A stretch of 64,000 bases of DNA from Nymphaea colorata (lineage: Eukaryota). Positions 1-13,065 of the stretch are shown one piece after another; the first letter of the stretch is position 1; each line of letters starts with the position of its first letter. Location of the stretch: NCBI RefSeq assembly GCF_008831285.2, contig NC_045138.2, positions 30,380,001 to 30,444,000 on the forward strand, in the 5' to 3' direction. Position numbers and translations under genes: made by a program. The notes below the pieces were generated by a model. The model ran no database searches. It was given only the letters and a program-made list of their open reading frames with translations, and was not told where the DNA came from.

Positions 1-137
1 ACAGTAATCAGTTTATCCGAAGTAGATCAGTGAACAAATTAGTAAACCTCCATATCACTTTTCGGTGAAATATTTGTTAAGTTACAAGCTTAAGAACAGA
101 ATTAATAACAAAAAAAAAAAAACTGGAAAGAATTAAC

Positions 138-451
138 CTTTGCTCGTAAGCGACAAACAAGCTCATACTGTGCATCAGCATCACCCATGTCTGCAGCTTC
201 CACAAGCAAAGCAGCACCTCTTTGAAGAAAGAAAACACAATATGTATTATGTGCATTAGCAACTGGCACTTGCGATATAGAGATATTCTGTTACTGTAAA
301 CAACTCTTGGCTCTTGTTTGTAAGAACAATTTTCCTCACGATTAAGTTCAAAACCAGCATAGGCTAGCAACCAACTACCATTAAAATGAACACGTATCCA
401 GATTATAAAAGCTAATTTTTACTTTGAAAAATTCATTTTAACACCAGAAAA

Positions 452-514
<63 letters not shown>

Positions 515-3500
515 GGTATTGCTTCCAATCAAAAGAATTAGTTTTGTATACACGCTTAACGATGAACATCTCATGGGATATCAAACTGTAGGAAAATTCA
601 AAAAGAACATACCGCATGAAGCAGGGAGCACTTACATGGCTTTACAGGCACCAGGAACATGGTACTTGAGGTGTAATCTAGATAGCCAATATCGAGCATG
701 TGTATTCAAATTATCTGCCTCCAAAGCCAGCTCAAAATTCTCCTTTGCAGTCTATGTCAACAAATAACAATATGAGCTATATGTTTCTCTCTGCCATCTA
801 AAAACAGAATAATGCAAAGCTTCTTGAGATGAAATATCTGTGAATTTGTGTTACTTCATAGGAGTTGGAGTCTTGGTGTCAAAATTGTAAGTCAGACTCA
901 GGTTGGTCAGGCAATAAAAGATTAGACGAGACTAGTAGGTTTGAGGCAGTCTATGTCGTTTGGCTAAATAAATTAAAAAGTAGCCATATAAAGACGGAAA
1001 TCTAATTGAAAAAAATAATAAAAGACAAACATTATCAAGAATCATCGTAACTGCATAGTTCAACAATCTCATAATAGTGCCACACAATGAAATTTAAGTA
1101 TCCAATGTTTCTCAAGATCATATATAACCTAATACAAATACGAAGGAACATACATAAACAATCATATATACATACATAAGCATATATATAAGAAAAAACA
1201 TATAAAAGCATGTCACACAGACAATGTACATGTGTACATACTATATACATACATGTACACACAACATGTGTGTGTGTGTGTGTGTGTGCCTGTAAACTGT
1301 AAAGCTATAGAGCACAGAAACTTTACATAAAGCTTTATGTTATAGAGCAGAAGAATATATAATAGAGCTTCACATTCATAATACAAAAAATAAGACAGAA
1401 TACAGACTTAGATTTGACGCTTCTCTAGAGAGAGAAAATCCCAAAACAATAGGAGGCTGGAGATGTTGATTTATAGGTTTATAGTTTATACAGAAGGAAA
1501 AATCCAAAAGAAATGAATTTTTATCTAAAACAACAACTACAATTATCGATTAAAAAAAACATTATCAAAAATCACATTTAATATTTTAGAAAGGCATTTT
1601 TTTTATTTTTCAGAAGGGCTCATGTTAACTACTAGTTGGTCAACGACTAGAAAATGACTAGTTGACAAAACGACCAATTAATCCCTCAAATTAAACTAGC
1701 TTCCTTTGATGGAGGGAGTAGTTGGCTGACTGGCACCTAGCCACACTGCTCTAGTCAGACCAACTAGTCCCTAGTTTCACAACTAAGCTTGGCAGAGCAA
1801 ACTCACAAAGATATATTTCATTACAACAGAGGCTGAAAGCAGATCCTGGAGCACATGCAAATTCAATATTAGCAAATGACAATGGACATGTTGATCCTGC
1901 TATTGAACTATTGAAGCCCATGTGGGTGTAGCCAATTGATGGTAAACTACTTGATGATAAACTGTCTATAAATAGTTGGTTGGAAGTATTATTTACGTGA
2001 TCATTGACCATCCAGATATTATCTATGCTGTGCATATAGTCAGTCAGTTTAGAGGCAGCTGACATGAAGACCATTCATTATTTTGATGGTTGCATGCTTT
2101 TATTCTTTTCTACTTCTTGATCATTGGTAGGACTCGTTTTATGACAGATTTTGTCAACATGAGATCTAGAACTTCCAATACAGGAGAACTGAATTGTCTG
2201 AGAACGAAAAAATGTGTAACCATGGAACTTCAACAGCAGTAATGTTTGTTTGACATGTTGAATAAAGAAGACCATCATGAACCCATTGCAGAACCAAATG
2301 AAGCACAATTTATTCAGTGAAGGAGGCCAAAAAAAGCCACCGGATGGACTCTTTTGTTTTGGTTAGATTTATAAGACTCCGGGATATCCTCTAGTTGTTC
2401 ACGAGGAAATGAGGAATTGAAATAAGTAAGAAAATTGAGTGAAGGTCCTAAGTAATTTCTTCCAACAGGATCAAGATGGTGGAAGTATCTAAGCCAAAAA
2501 CCTAAAAACACCATTCTTTTGGAACAATTAAAAGGTTTCTATTCTGCATGTAACTAGAACTATTCCAAACTATCAAATGTTAAGAACAACGGAAGTGATT
2601 AAGCAAGATAAGGCTACAAAAAGAAGTGGCTAAGGTTGGATCTCACAGTGTTCGCAAGAGGGTGATGATTTTTGACAAAAGAGAATGTGTTGTACCCTCT
2701 TCTGCTCCCGTACCCGCCAATGTCACGTACTGCTAGCTAGACCGAAGAGCAGATGAGAATGGTGACACAAGCAAGAAGAAAAGAGGGAGTTCAGAGTTCA
2801 CAAGACTAATAGTTTTGCTTTAAAGAGATAATCCAAGCGCATGATCTAAACTCCTTAATGCCATAACCAAGAGCAAGTCAGAGTTAAGGATGGTCTCTGA
2901 ATTCTCTTTAATGCTGCAAACTTAATATATTCCAAAAGAAAACAGCAAGCAGCACAAACAGTACTGCTGCCTGATCGCAATATGCGTTGTCCTGCCTTAA
3001 GCAAAAATTAGCCTCATTTGGGATATGGGAGTAGTGCAACTGAAAGATCACTGTGAAGAAATAAACCATTCTTATGTGCGCGATGGCAATGGATAGATGG
3101 AGAAAACCACAATAAATAGCACTTTGAACGTACATCCGCATACGAGAGTTCCTCGGATGCACCTTTCACAATCAAAACAGCTCATACCATCCGTGCGTCG
3201 CATTTGTACTCGTAATTTGAATAAAAAAGGTGGAGAGAAGAATTAGAATGCAAACGACTGACGGTGATTAGAGATTGTACCAAGAGAAGCGGAATCAGGC
3301 GGCGGTCATTCAGGTCGGCGTAGTCGATGACTCTATCGACTTCCTTCAATGCGCTCCATCCTCTGGCTATAAACTCCATGGCTTGTTTGTTCCTGCTGTG
3401 CATTGCCCCTCTCTTGAAAACAAGAAACAAACAAAAAGTGCCTGATTACTAGAAGAGACAAGTAAACCCCGTATGGGACATTGGGATAAGGGGATAATGG

Positions 3501-3594
3501 GTGGGGATGGAGGAGAAACCTGAAGCTTCATGGGGTTATGAAGAAATTGAAAACGGTGCTGAGTGGCCTTGCAAAGGTGCCTCAACATCATCAT
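138..3594 (-). CDS. Sel1-like repeat (HCP-like) protein, 5' part; the gene continues beyond the left edge
   Basis: Phase-consistent GT-AG exons at 3594-3520, 3412-3281, 751-636 and 219-138. They translate as [25 protein letters not shown] / [43 protein letters not shown] / [39 protein letters not shown] / [40 protein letters not shown] matches the Sel1 repeat consensus. A GA repeat lies in the 5' leader. Confidence 0.8.
454..511. repeat. (TA)n microsatellite in a Sel1 gene intron
   Basis: Perfect TA run. Confidence 0.95.
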
Positions 3595-3716
3595 CTTTCT
3601 GCCTCCAAATCCAGCAACTGGAAAAACCAAAGGAATCTGCTTCTTCTTCTGTGTTTCCTTTTCTTGCTTCAGAAACTGGACAGTTGCAGGGGTCTGCTGC
3701 CGTTCTCCGTTCGAAG

Positions 3717-3777
<61 letters not shown>
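3717..3777. repeat. (CT/GA)n microsatellite in the 5' leader of the Sel1-like gene
   Basis: CT run about 120-180 bp upstream of the ATG at 3594. Confidence 0.9.
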
Positions 3778-4561
3778 CTGTCTAAGCCCCACTTGCTTCA
3801 AGGCTAAGGAGATACAAAAAAGAAGATTTCCCAAGAAATGCTTGACCCCTTCACCGTTCGCGTTGTTGCAGGGAGGAGATAAATACCGCCGCGCCCCAAT
3901 CCTCTGCTGTCAGCGTCGCAAAGGGGTTATGACATTCCGGCGTCGCCCACTTTCTTTAGTTTCCGGCGTTGTGGCAGAGAGGCGCCACCCCGGCGTCGCT
4001 ATCCTCCACTGCCAGCATCGCAAAGGGGATTTCTCCAAGCGGCCTCCAGGCTCCGCCTTCAGGCCGCCGCAGATAAACGGTATTTGAAGGTCGGCGTTCT
4101 AACTTGGTCGTCTTCCGCAGTCGTCGGGAGGAAATGCTCCTCCGGCGGTCCAACAGTTGCTACCCGCACTCTACTTCTCTGCTGTATTAGACCAATTTAC
4201 TGGTATCGCCTTTCGATGGCCGCTTTCACGATCTGATCTTCAGTAGCTCCTGGTATTGCATGCTTTTTTATCATCTAAAAAAATCATGTCATCATAATTA
4301 GATTTGTATTTGCCACGAAAAAAAAATAAGAATATGCTTTTCTGAGAAGATTTGAACCTTAACACATGCCTCACTACACTGTTATTATTTTCCAACAGTT
4401 CATCCTAACGATATCAACTTGGTAGGACCTTATCGCTCATCCTGTGGCAATCCATGTGAAGAAGAAGATGGCATTCTAAATTGACATAGTCAACATTTTT
4501 CTGACACTTCAAAATCATGTTTTAGAAGTAAAATCTGATTTTACCTCCAAAATGTTATTTT

Positions 4562-4768
4562 GGGCGTCTATATTACATCAAATTTGGGTTTTGACAAAAT
4601 CCAAGCCTGATTTTCGTAAAGGGCCTGAAAAATTGCCTCCTGCTGAAAAACTTATTTCTCTTGTCATCCAAACATTGAACCAAGTTTTAGAAACTGAATA
4701 AATCTTTAAGCAAATTTTTTGGTTTTCACAAAAACCAAGTTTTGTAGGATGCCATCTAGACATCCCCT
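4562..4768. mobile_element. Tourist/PIF-Harbinger-like MITE; related copies at about 36810-36955, 39630-39870 and 48630-48925
   Basis: Degenerate TIRs GGGCGTCTATA...TCTAGACATCCC (GGGTGTTTGGAT type). The internal motifs GTCATCCAAACA and TTGGTTTTCACAAAA recur in the other copies. Confidence 0.55.
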
Positions 4769-6399
4769 ACAAGTATAACATTGCTTGATTAAATTTGACA
4801 TTACAAGCAAAACATATTTGTAATATACACTAGAGACTAGACTAGATATTTCTGATGTGGGTATGTCCACTTTACAAGATTGAAATCTATTTTCTAGGCT
4901 TGACTATTGGCGAATCAAACATTGAAACAAAAATTTATGGACAATATATCCAAGACAATTTGGTTATGGATGGCCAACACCCTTAATCAGTTATTTAAGA
5001 TTTATATACCATGAACAACTGATTCCAGCGATCAAACTTAGGCTAAGAAATACGTGATCCCTTTTGTGATGCTTTTCAAGGAAAAGTCAATTTCTATCAA
5101 CATAATAGATTTAAATAGGAACAAACTGGGCTTTATAGTTAGCAAACTCATAACTGATAACTGAGGCTCGAATCGGCTTGATCGAGTTTTAAAATAACCT
5201 GAATCGAACAAGTCAGGATGACTCAGGGCCGAGTTAGAGGCTAGTCTTTAGTGGTGTTGCAGATTCACAAGGTCAGCAAAAGCTCCACCTTCCAGACCCA
5301 AAAAGAAGGCTTGGAGCTACTCTGTTTAGAGAAGTTGGTTTCAATGAAAACATTGTATCAAGTGGCATTTGATTATTCGGTTCTAATGTGGAAGTGATAT
5401 GCCATGCTTTTGCTGATGTGACATGCGATCTATGGCAAAATCCATAGTTCATCAAACTATGGATCTCAGGTCTGACATAAAGTCCATACTTGAGACCTTT
5501 ATTTTATTTTATTTCTTGAGAAAAGTTAGATTCAAGACTACAAGAGAAAATGTTGGATATCTAATTCAAATGGATACATTGACATTCCCAAAAAGGGACA
5601 TGCTTTTTTGTTCATTAAAATCAAGTGAAAAGAATGTGTTGGGAAGAGGTCCGACACCGTCTGCAACAGGAACTGAATCATGGTCTTTTGCGGAAAATAT
5701 AGATATGAAATCCGCATTTCCGGTTATGTGATCTGTTATTTGTTTTAAAAACTAAGGATTTCAGATCTCCCCGGATCTCAGATTGGTAAAGAAACAAACA
5801 CACCCTTAAATCTTATATGTAAGTATACGCCAAATGAAAGTCCGCTAAGAAAGCACTATTGGAGAAATCGAATGTGCCCCAAAGAAAAAAGCGACCCCTG
5901 AACTTAATTCTTGAAGAACTCGACGAGCAAAAAATTTTCAGACAACTTTGTAAAATTAACAAAGGAGATCGAGTCCCATATCAGAGTTGCAAAACAATTA
6001 CCAACTTCCATGCATAATACACAAAGTTTTTATGAACCTTAAGATTGATTAAGAACTTTTTAAATTGATTTTAAAAATAAAAATATTCAAAACCCAAGAA
6101 ACATGTAGGCGTCCCTTTCAGTTCAGGGATTCATCTTCTCTTCGCGGGCCATTTATGGCATCTGATCAAATCGGATAAGCATGAGAGTTTCAGTGGGTCC
6201 TGGCCGGTGCCCACTTGAAAAGGACGACTCCAGGGTGCAGATCTTTATATGAAAACTTAGACGAGGAGTGCGTCCAACTCAGCCCCCACATGGCTTTCTT
6301 CAGAACCATCTTATGAAAACAAAGCAATTAGCAGGTTGCGAGATTTTATGCATCTGTAGCTTCCTCGAAGAAGATCAGATTCCTTGAATCGAGTTACTT

Positions 6400-7900
6400 C
6401 GGTGCCTAATAAGGACAAAGTTCAAGGGCAATTAAAAAAAATCAACAGTTTGAGTTTGAAATGTTCAGAAAGTATCGTGATTTTTGTTTCAAAAACATGA
6501 TTCTGGTTATGATTTTGACAAATGGGCACTATTGGATTGAGTGAGGAGTTTGCTAGCTGTTTAAATGGAGATCGAAGTTGCTTCCATTCCGTCTTTCTTT
6601 GCTTGTCCTGTGACTGCACGCAAAGGTGCTCCCAATCTCTTCGTTATCTGCTAGAAAAAATGAGACATGCCCACAAGAAACAAGCCATGAACCAGAAAGT
6701 TCACTGTGGAAAATGGTTTCTGGAAGGCTCTCAAGGGCTCCCTGATGCGGTGAGCAGAGAAGAATCTGTTTGTGAATTTCTAGGGACAGGCTCTATGACA
6801 GAAAGCCACCATGTGATGCCACGAAGAGTGGGACCAAGCGATGTTTGTTTAGAGAACTTGTTGAGGTGAAGGTGAAGCTGGTTTTGGTGGTTTCCTGCAT
6901 GAGCATTTTCGGTGGTTACAGGCTGTGATGTGAATTATAAAATTGATGATTGGATTATAATTCAATTGGAAGAGTAATTAAAGAATTGGTGTCTCCTTCA
7001 CAATTGTTTGTTGCCAATCGTTTCTTTGGTAGGACCCAATTTCTTTCCCAATCTTTTCTTTGCTTAGGAGCTGAAGGAGTTGGCACTGTGGGGCAAGCGC
7101 TGCTGAAGATTGAGTTCTACTTGGGGTTGGGAAGATCTGTAGGATTTTACTGTCTACTCCCATGAGAGTTTAGGACCAATCCTTTAATTATAAGTTCAAG
7201 AGAAGCTGTTGTCAGAACCGGGAAGGAATCCCAAAGCAGGACACAACTGGACAAGGATGAAAGTGATAGGAGAAATTTGTTTAGGAAGCAAACAGTATTT
7301 GCAGTTTCTTAAACAATGATATATTTTTGCTACAGTGGAAGCACAAGCCACGAACAGTAATCTCTAGACATATTGAAACTCTCGACGTTTGAAGTTCAGA
7401 GATTTCTGGGGAACAGAAATTCTCAAACAAGAAAACTGATTGAAAGAAATAAGAGTCGGATCGCCGATCATGAAGACAGGAAACTCCATACGTCAAGAAT
7501 TGGGAATGTTGAAGGAATCAGGACCATTAATTCCGATGACATACTGTATGTAGCCCAATTCACGGTGTTGGAATTGGAGATAAGAGTGTAAAGAACAGCG
7601 TTTTAAGGACGTGAAGTTAAAACCAATTCAAGAATGTTTCTGCTGCCGCTGCTGGTGCGCTGGCGCCATTAATGTGATGATGTGATCCACGAGGAATTGC
7701 TAGAGATTTCAACAGTTCTTTCGCTCATTAAACCAGTCGGGAGATTTTGGCATGAATTTATGACCACCATGTTCATAGCAATAATATTTTCCTAAGTAGC
7801 TTCTTTTAGCAATCTCTGGATAAAGTTCTGAAAAAATGAATTTCTTTATATTGCACAAATATTCTCAACTCAAGATCTCTGCAGCCAAGAAAGTCGACAA
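6400..7900 (-). mobile_element. Degenerate retroelement remnant (gag or LINE ORF1-like) with a frameshifted CCHC knuckle; boundaries approximate
   Basis: 7352-7298 on the minus strand reads GLCFHCSKN[+1 nt]YHCLRNCK, i.e. CX2CX4HX4C. The flanking DNA is intronless, coding-like in composition and full of stops. Confidence 0.35.
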
Positions 7901-8393
7901 GAGCTCCCTCTCTCTCAATCAATCAGAAAATCGGGAACCTTGGTGGAGCTCCAGTCACATCTGTTTCTCTCTCTTAAGAATCAAGATGGTACAGCGCACC
8001 TTCTTAGTAGAGGACAAGCGTGAAACTTAGAGTCTCCTTTTAACATCTGCACTAAAGACCACGATGAGTGCAAACAAAATATGGAGGCCCCACGAGAACT
8101 CAAAAGAATAATAAAGGCAGACAGAGAGGACGTCCTGCGCCTCCCACAACAAAACAATCAAGACCTACATACTTCCTACTGCTACTCTCTCCCAACTTTC
8201 GTCACAAATCCGTGAAATACAAAGTAGAACCAGAAAAGGACATTAGTTGAATACTGCTCCAAGTGTTAACAAAATTAACAACGAAATGGAAACCATTTCA
8301 CTTTATTTATCGTCATTTAGGTATCAACAGACTGCAAAAGAAGAAAAAGAAGAAGAAGAAGAAGACTGCTCTCCCTCTCTGCTCCAAAATCTC

Positions 8394-8488
8394 CTAACAC
8401 GAGAGCTCATGCAAAGCCATATCATTGGTGGAACCGACCGAGAGACGCTGCACCAGCGCCGCCACCTGTTGCTGCTGCTGCTGCTGCA

Positions 8489-8519
<31 letters not shown>

Positions 8520-9274
8520 CTTCACCATGTTAACTCTGGGGCAGGCGGCGACGCTTCCGACGAGCGGCACCACCGGCAGGTTGTCGCAGTTGCAGATCTC
8601 GATCATGAAGCCGTCGGGGTCGTGGAAGAAGAGCTGCTCCACGTAGATGCCACCGTCCTCCACCATGCTCTGCACGTAGCGGATCCCCATCTCCTTCAGC
8701 TTCCTCTCCACCGCCCCCATGCTCTCACACTGCGACAACCACCCATTCATCATCAGATAGAAACAATCGGAAAATCATCGGTTTAACGTCACAAAACCAT
8801 CTGTTTCATCGTGAAACTGGGAAAAGCCAAATTCGATTTAAGCTACCCAATTTTAACAAGCAACCAACTGATAAATATTCAATTCCACATTTTGAATCAA
8901 TGAACCACCTGAAAAGAGATATGATTATCCTTGGGGTTGATCTCGGTCTTCTTCGGCAGGCATTCAGGGTCCTCCGCCTGAAGCAGATGAATGCCTATTC
9001 CGTAGTTGGACAGCCTAACAATCAGAACAGAACAGAACATCAACAAAATCTTTCAGCTCCTTGTTAATGAACCATACGAAGCCATTAAAATTTCTTATTA
9101 ATCCAAAAACCAGGATTACCAGGCGCCATCAAAATCAAAGGACCCCGGCCTCCTGATGGGGACGAATCCGAGAACGTTCTGATAGAAGTCGATCGATTCC
9201 TCGATCGACCTGCACACGAGGGAGATGTGGTTCAGGGACGTGAGTGGCAAAGCGCCTCCTACTTTGTTCACCAT
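8394..9274 (-). CDS. Lactoylglutathione lyase/glyoxalase I-like (VOC superfamily) protein, 198 aa, with a poly-Q C-terminus
   Basis: Exons 9274-9120, 9014-8909 and 8729-8394 total 597 nt. They read MVNKVGGALPLTSLNHISLVCRSIEESIDFYQNVLGFVPIRRPGSFDFDGAW / LSNYGIGIHLLQ...INPKDNHISFQ / CESMGAVERKLKEMGI...EQLFFHDPDGFMIEICNCDNLPVVPL, typical of the plant GLYI-like family. Confidence 0.95.
8468..8521 (-). repeat. CAG repeats encoding two poly-Q tracts in the glyoxalase-like protein
   Basis: KQQQQQQQHNKMQQQQQQQV. Confidence 0.95.
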
Positions 9275-9562
9275 TTTCTTCTCTCCTCGCGCTTGTTTCT
9301 TGCCCTTTCCCCCTCAACAACGAAAACAGAGGATTTAAAACAAGGGCGGAACCCGATCGGAATGCCGCAAAACACAGAGAACAGGAGAGGCAGCCGGAAT
9401 AACCGGAAAATCCCCACCGCGATTTGGGCTTCCCCTGCCGATTATAATCAAAGAATGGGAAGACACAGCGGACGACCCTAATCCAGAGGGGGGGAGAGAG
9501 AGAGAGATGTGGAGGACCGAAGGAAGACGCAAGATGTTCGGAAGGTGGCAGCGGCGCCGAAC

Positions 9563-9620
9563 ATTTATAGGCGTCGCGAAAGCCAGCTGTCACAGCCACG
9601 TGTCGGTCGGCTGCCACGTT
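9563..9620 (-). promoter_or_regulatory. Core promoter of the glyoxalase-like gene: TATA box plus ABRE and DRE/CRT elements
   Basis: On the minus strand: CTATAAAT (9570-9563), GACACGTGGC (9604-9595), ACCGAC (9607-9602), GCCGAC (9611-9606) and AACGTGGC (9620-9613). Confidence 0.65.
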
Positions 9621-10548
9621 GCGGATGGCACCGGTGCAATCCTTGTCATCGGTGACTCGGCGTCGGTCGCGGGAAGCATCGAGCTGAGATCGGTGATCTT
9701 CGATTGTTGACGCACCGAGGGCTCGAATCTCATGTAGCGACAAAACCCTAAACCAAACAATTTCTCATCAAATAAAATAATCAAGATATATTTTAATTAA
9801 GCTCCATTTATGAAGCTTTATTATTTAATAAGTTTATTCGAATGAAAATTTTGGTTTGTCATTTTTATGATCGAATGGTTTATCTTCCTTTATTTTGTGT
9901 TGCTAAAAACTATTACAAAATGTATATCTGAACAGATATATATTTTGTGATGGTTTTTAGCAAAAAAATTAAAAAAAAAAAACACTGTTCAAATTAGCCG
10001 GCTGATTTGAATTTATATATAGAGAAATCGATAGATCCTGTACTAGGCCAGAGATAAAAGTTTGACCATTGAAGATTTATGTAAAAAAAAAGTATTTTGA
10101 ACCAAATAAAAACCTAGTATATTTGTGAAAACTAATTGATATAAAACATGCTTTAGTTCAAGTCGCTTTTATGAAAAATGAGATTTTTTAAAAAAAAAAT
10201 TATACGTTATATGAACAGTTTAGTTTTGCTTATTATAAAAATAAGATTAAATTAAAAAAATATTAACTTAATTTAGGTTTCTATTCGACTCGTTCTTCAG
10301 ATCATATATGTAAGGTTACATCATAAGGAAAAAAAAAATCTTACTTATTGTATTTAAGTGGTCTGGTTTTTATCAATGACTTGATGGTATAGGACCCACC
10401 AATTACTCTCTCTCTCTCTCTCACTGTTAAACACATTAAAAAGTTCACATTTTGTTTAAAACATTTTTATGATAAGAGATCTGGTAAGTGGTTAGATATC
10501 TACCAATAAATTTTCATAGGTCTGGTTTTTGCAAGTGGTTTGGTTTTT

Positions 10549-10660
<112 letters not shown>

Positions 10661-11414
10661 TATAGGATACTTTTTGCTCCTTCATTTTCATGCAACGTGG
10701 AAACCGATTATGCATGATGGCGACTTTTGTATGGAAAGAGGAAGAAAGAGAGAGTTCTTAATTAAATTTAAGATTGGGATCGACGTGTGATCCAACCACT
10801 GATCTTTACTTCGATTCCTGTCTCTCAACTATTGATTGAATAATTGCTAAATAACAACTCATTATGCACATAATGCAAGTGCAAAACTTAATTTATTAGT
10901 AGTTCAACGGCAAGCATCGAGAAGAATCTTGCCTTTATATATATATATATGTGTGTGTAGAAAGAAAGAGAAAGAGCCCATAGATTTCAGAGATGAATGG
11001 GGCTGCTGCTTGGTTATTGGTTATTGGTTATTGTCGTGACGCATTTGAAGAAATGAGGGAGTTGAGCAAAGAAGTGCCTCTATCGTCGACAAAGCACAAC
11101 ACCAATTTTCTTTGGGGAATTTTCAAAAACACACCACAAGATTTGGTGTTCGTGCAGAAACACCAATGTTCTTTTCTTAAATTGCTGAATACGTACTTAC
11201 GTCCTTTATTTTTGAATGGTTCCTCAGTTTAACTTTGGGTCCATCAATAAGTAATTGTCCGAAAGCCACAGTTACCTACTTAAATATCGTCCAAAAGTTC
11301 AAAAAAAGAAAAGATCCATTTCCTTATAAAAAATGTGTAAGTAATTTTCTAGATAGATGAAATTTACTATTTACATGAACATTTAAAAGTAACCAAATGA
11401 ACAGATCATTGTAT

Positions 11415-11705
11415 ATGGGTAAGCTTGACTCGTTTATAAATGAGTTCAAATCAATTTGAGAAATGTATGCTGAAATGTTAAAAGAGTTGATTCGAGTTAT
11501 AAAGACTCGACTCAGCTCGATTACATAATGAATGTTGAATTAAAATAAGAGAGTAGTTAAACGAATATCAACTAAACGAGTGCCTAACAAAAACAGATTA
11601 AACTAGTTGAGCTTGAACTCTACATTGTATCGTTGAGTTCGAGCTTGTTTTATCGAGCTCAACTCAAGTTTTCTAAGTCGAGTCGAGCTCGAGCTAAGCT
11701 CATGT
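11415..11705. mobile_element. MITE-like repeat rich in GAGCTC/AAACTC motifs; relatives at about 5150-5250, 14600-14960, 47015-47362 and 63050-63395
   Basis: Arrays of (C)TCGAG, GAGCTC and AAACTC motifs flank an AT-rich core. Boundaries are approximate. Confidence 0.55.
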
Positions 11706-13031
11706 TGATTAATTGATAACCGGCGCTTGAACGAACGTAGGCGTGGCTTGAACACATATCAAATTTCGGGTGTGTTTACGATTATTGCCAAAATGTTTAG
11801 GTGCCTGATGGAGAAATTTTTCTCCTTCTTTATTACCCATAAAAGAACAAACTACGTGTACTTCATGAACTAAGCTACGCAGTGATGCTAACATTAATTA
11901 TTCTTGTTTTGTTTGTACATAATAATGATAAATTAAGTTTGTAAGCTACGCGTCACCCGACTTGAATTTGAATTGACATAAAATTGCAAGCTTATGAGTC
12001 CCTAAAGCAGATATATATAGTAAATTCCTCGACCCTTAATCATATTTTTTGAGTCTTACTTTTCTTCCACTTGTATAATTCCAACAAATGGCTGCTTAAA
12101 GAAGAAAGATTAATGGAACCCACATACTTACTAATATAAAGTGAATGCTTTAATAAGAGTTTCGGACGGGTTGTTGCAATGACTTGCGGGTGAGGAATAG
12201 TAGGTGGTCAGTTTATATTATGAATGCTTGGAGTGTGAACTTCATGTACCTCAAAAAAGTTCACTGATGCATAAATTAAAGCGCAGCAGGGGCCGCACTC
12301 CGAAATACCGAAAGCATTGTCATGTATCTTAAAAGGCTAAGGAATTGGATGAGAGATTCGGCTTTCTACTGGGCAATGAGTTTCTCTTGCTCACCAGAAA
12401 TGCTTTAATAAGCAAAAGTTAATGGGCTTTATTACTTAATCGTTTGCATGATTTCCGAGGACAATTTCTAGCATTCTTATGGCAAGTCTGCTTTCTTATA
12501 TAGACAAAGCATACAAATTATTTGAAACATAAAGAGAAAGGGAGAGAGAACAAAAGTAGAATATACTTCAATATGCGATCAAATATAAAGATTTTGAGTG
12601 AGTGAGAGGCTAATCCCAGTGCTCGAGTGAAGGCCAACACCCTTTCAACCTTTCCTTCATCCTTCGAGGGTTGAGGGCTGCTTTGTGGTCCTTCGAGGTA
12701 AGCGCTTTGAGGTTGACATCATTAGAGATTGAAACAAAGACTAGCCGCCTATCATTTCTCTTCATTGCACCAATCTCTTGGAATCAAATCTTTGGACCTA
12801 AAATCCACCGTTTTTACCGCTTAGGATTTACAGTTTAAAAATTCATTGGTTGATTAGTGGCTGGGTTTAACAAAGGGTAGAATCTCAGCCTCGGAACAGA
12901 AATCCAAAATTATCAAAGGTACCTTTAACTTGTCCTACAGACAAACTGAACTCCATTAACATCTACATTTTTATGTAACTTTATTTACTTCATTTTTTAA
13001 TTTAATATCACATAAACATATCTTACATCTT

Positions 13032-13065
<34 letters not shown>

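Noticed and set aside
8247..8786. Plus-strand poly-Leu and poly-Cys ORFs
   Set aside because: Antisense shadows of the CAG-rich glyoxalase exon 3.
9135..9743. 202-aa ORF upstream of and overlapping the glyoxalase-like gene
   Set aside because: It runs through the promoter and UTR and is out of frame with the real exon 1; it is a by-product of high GC.
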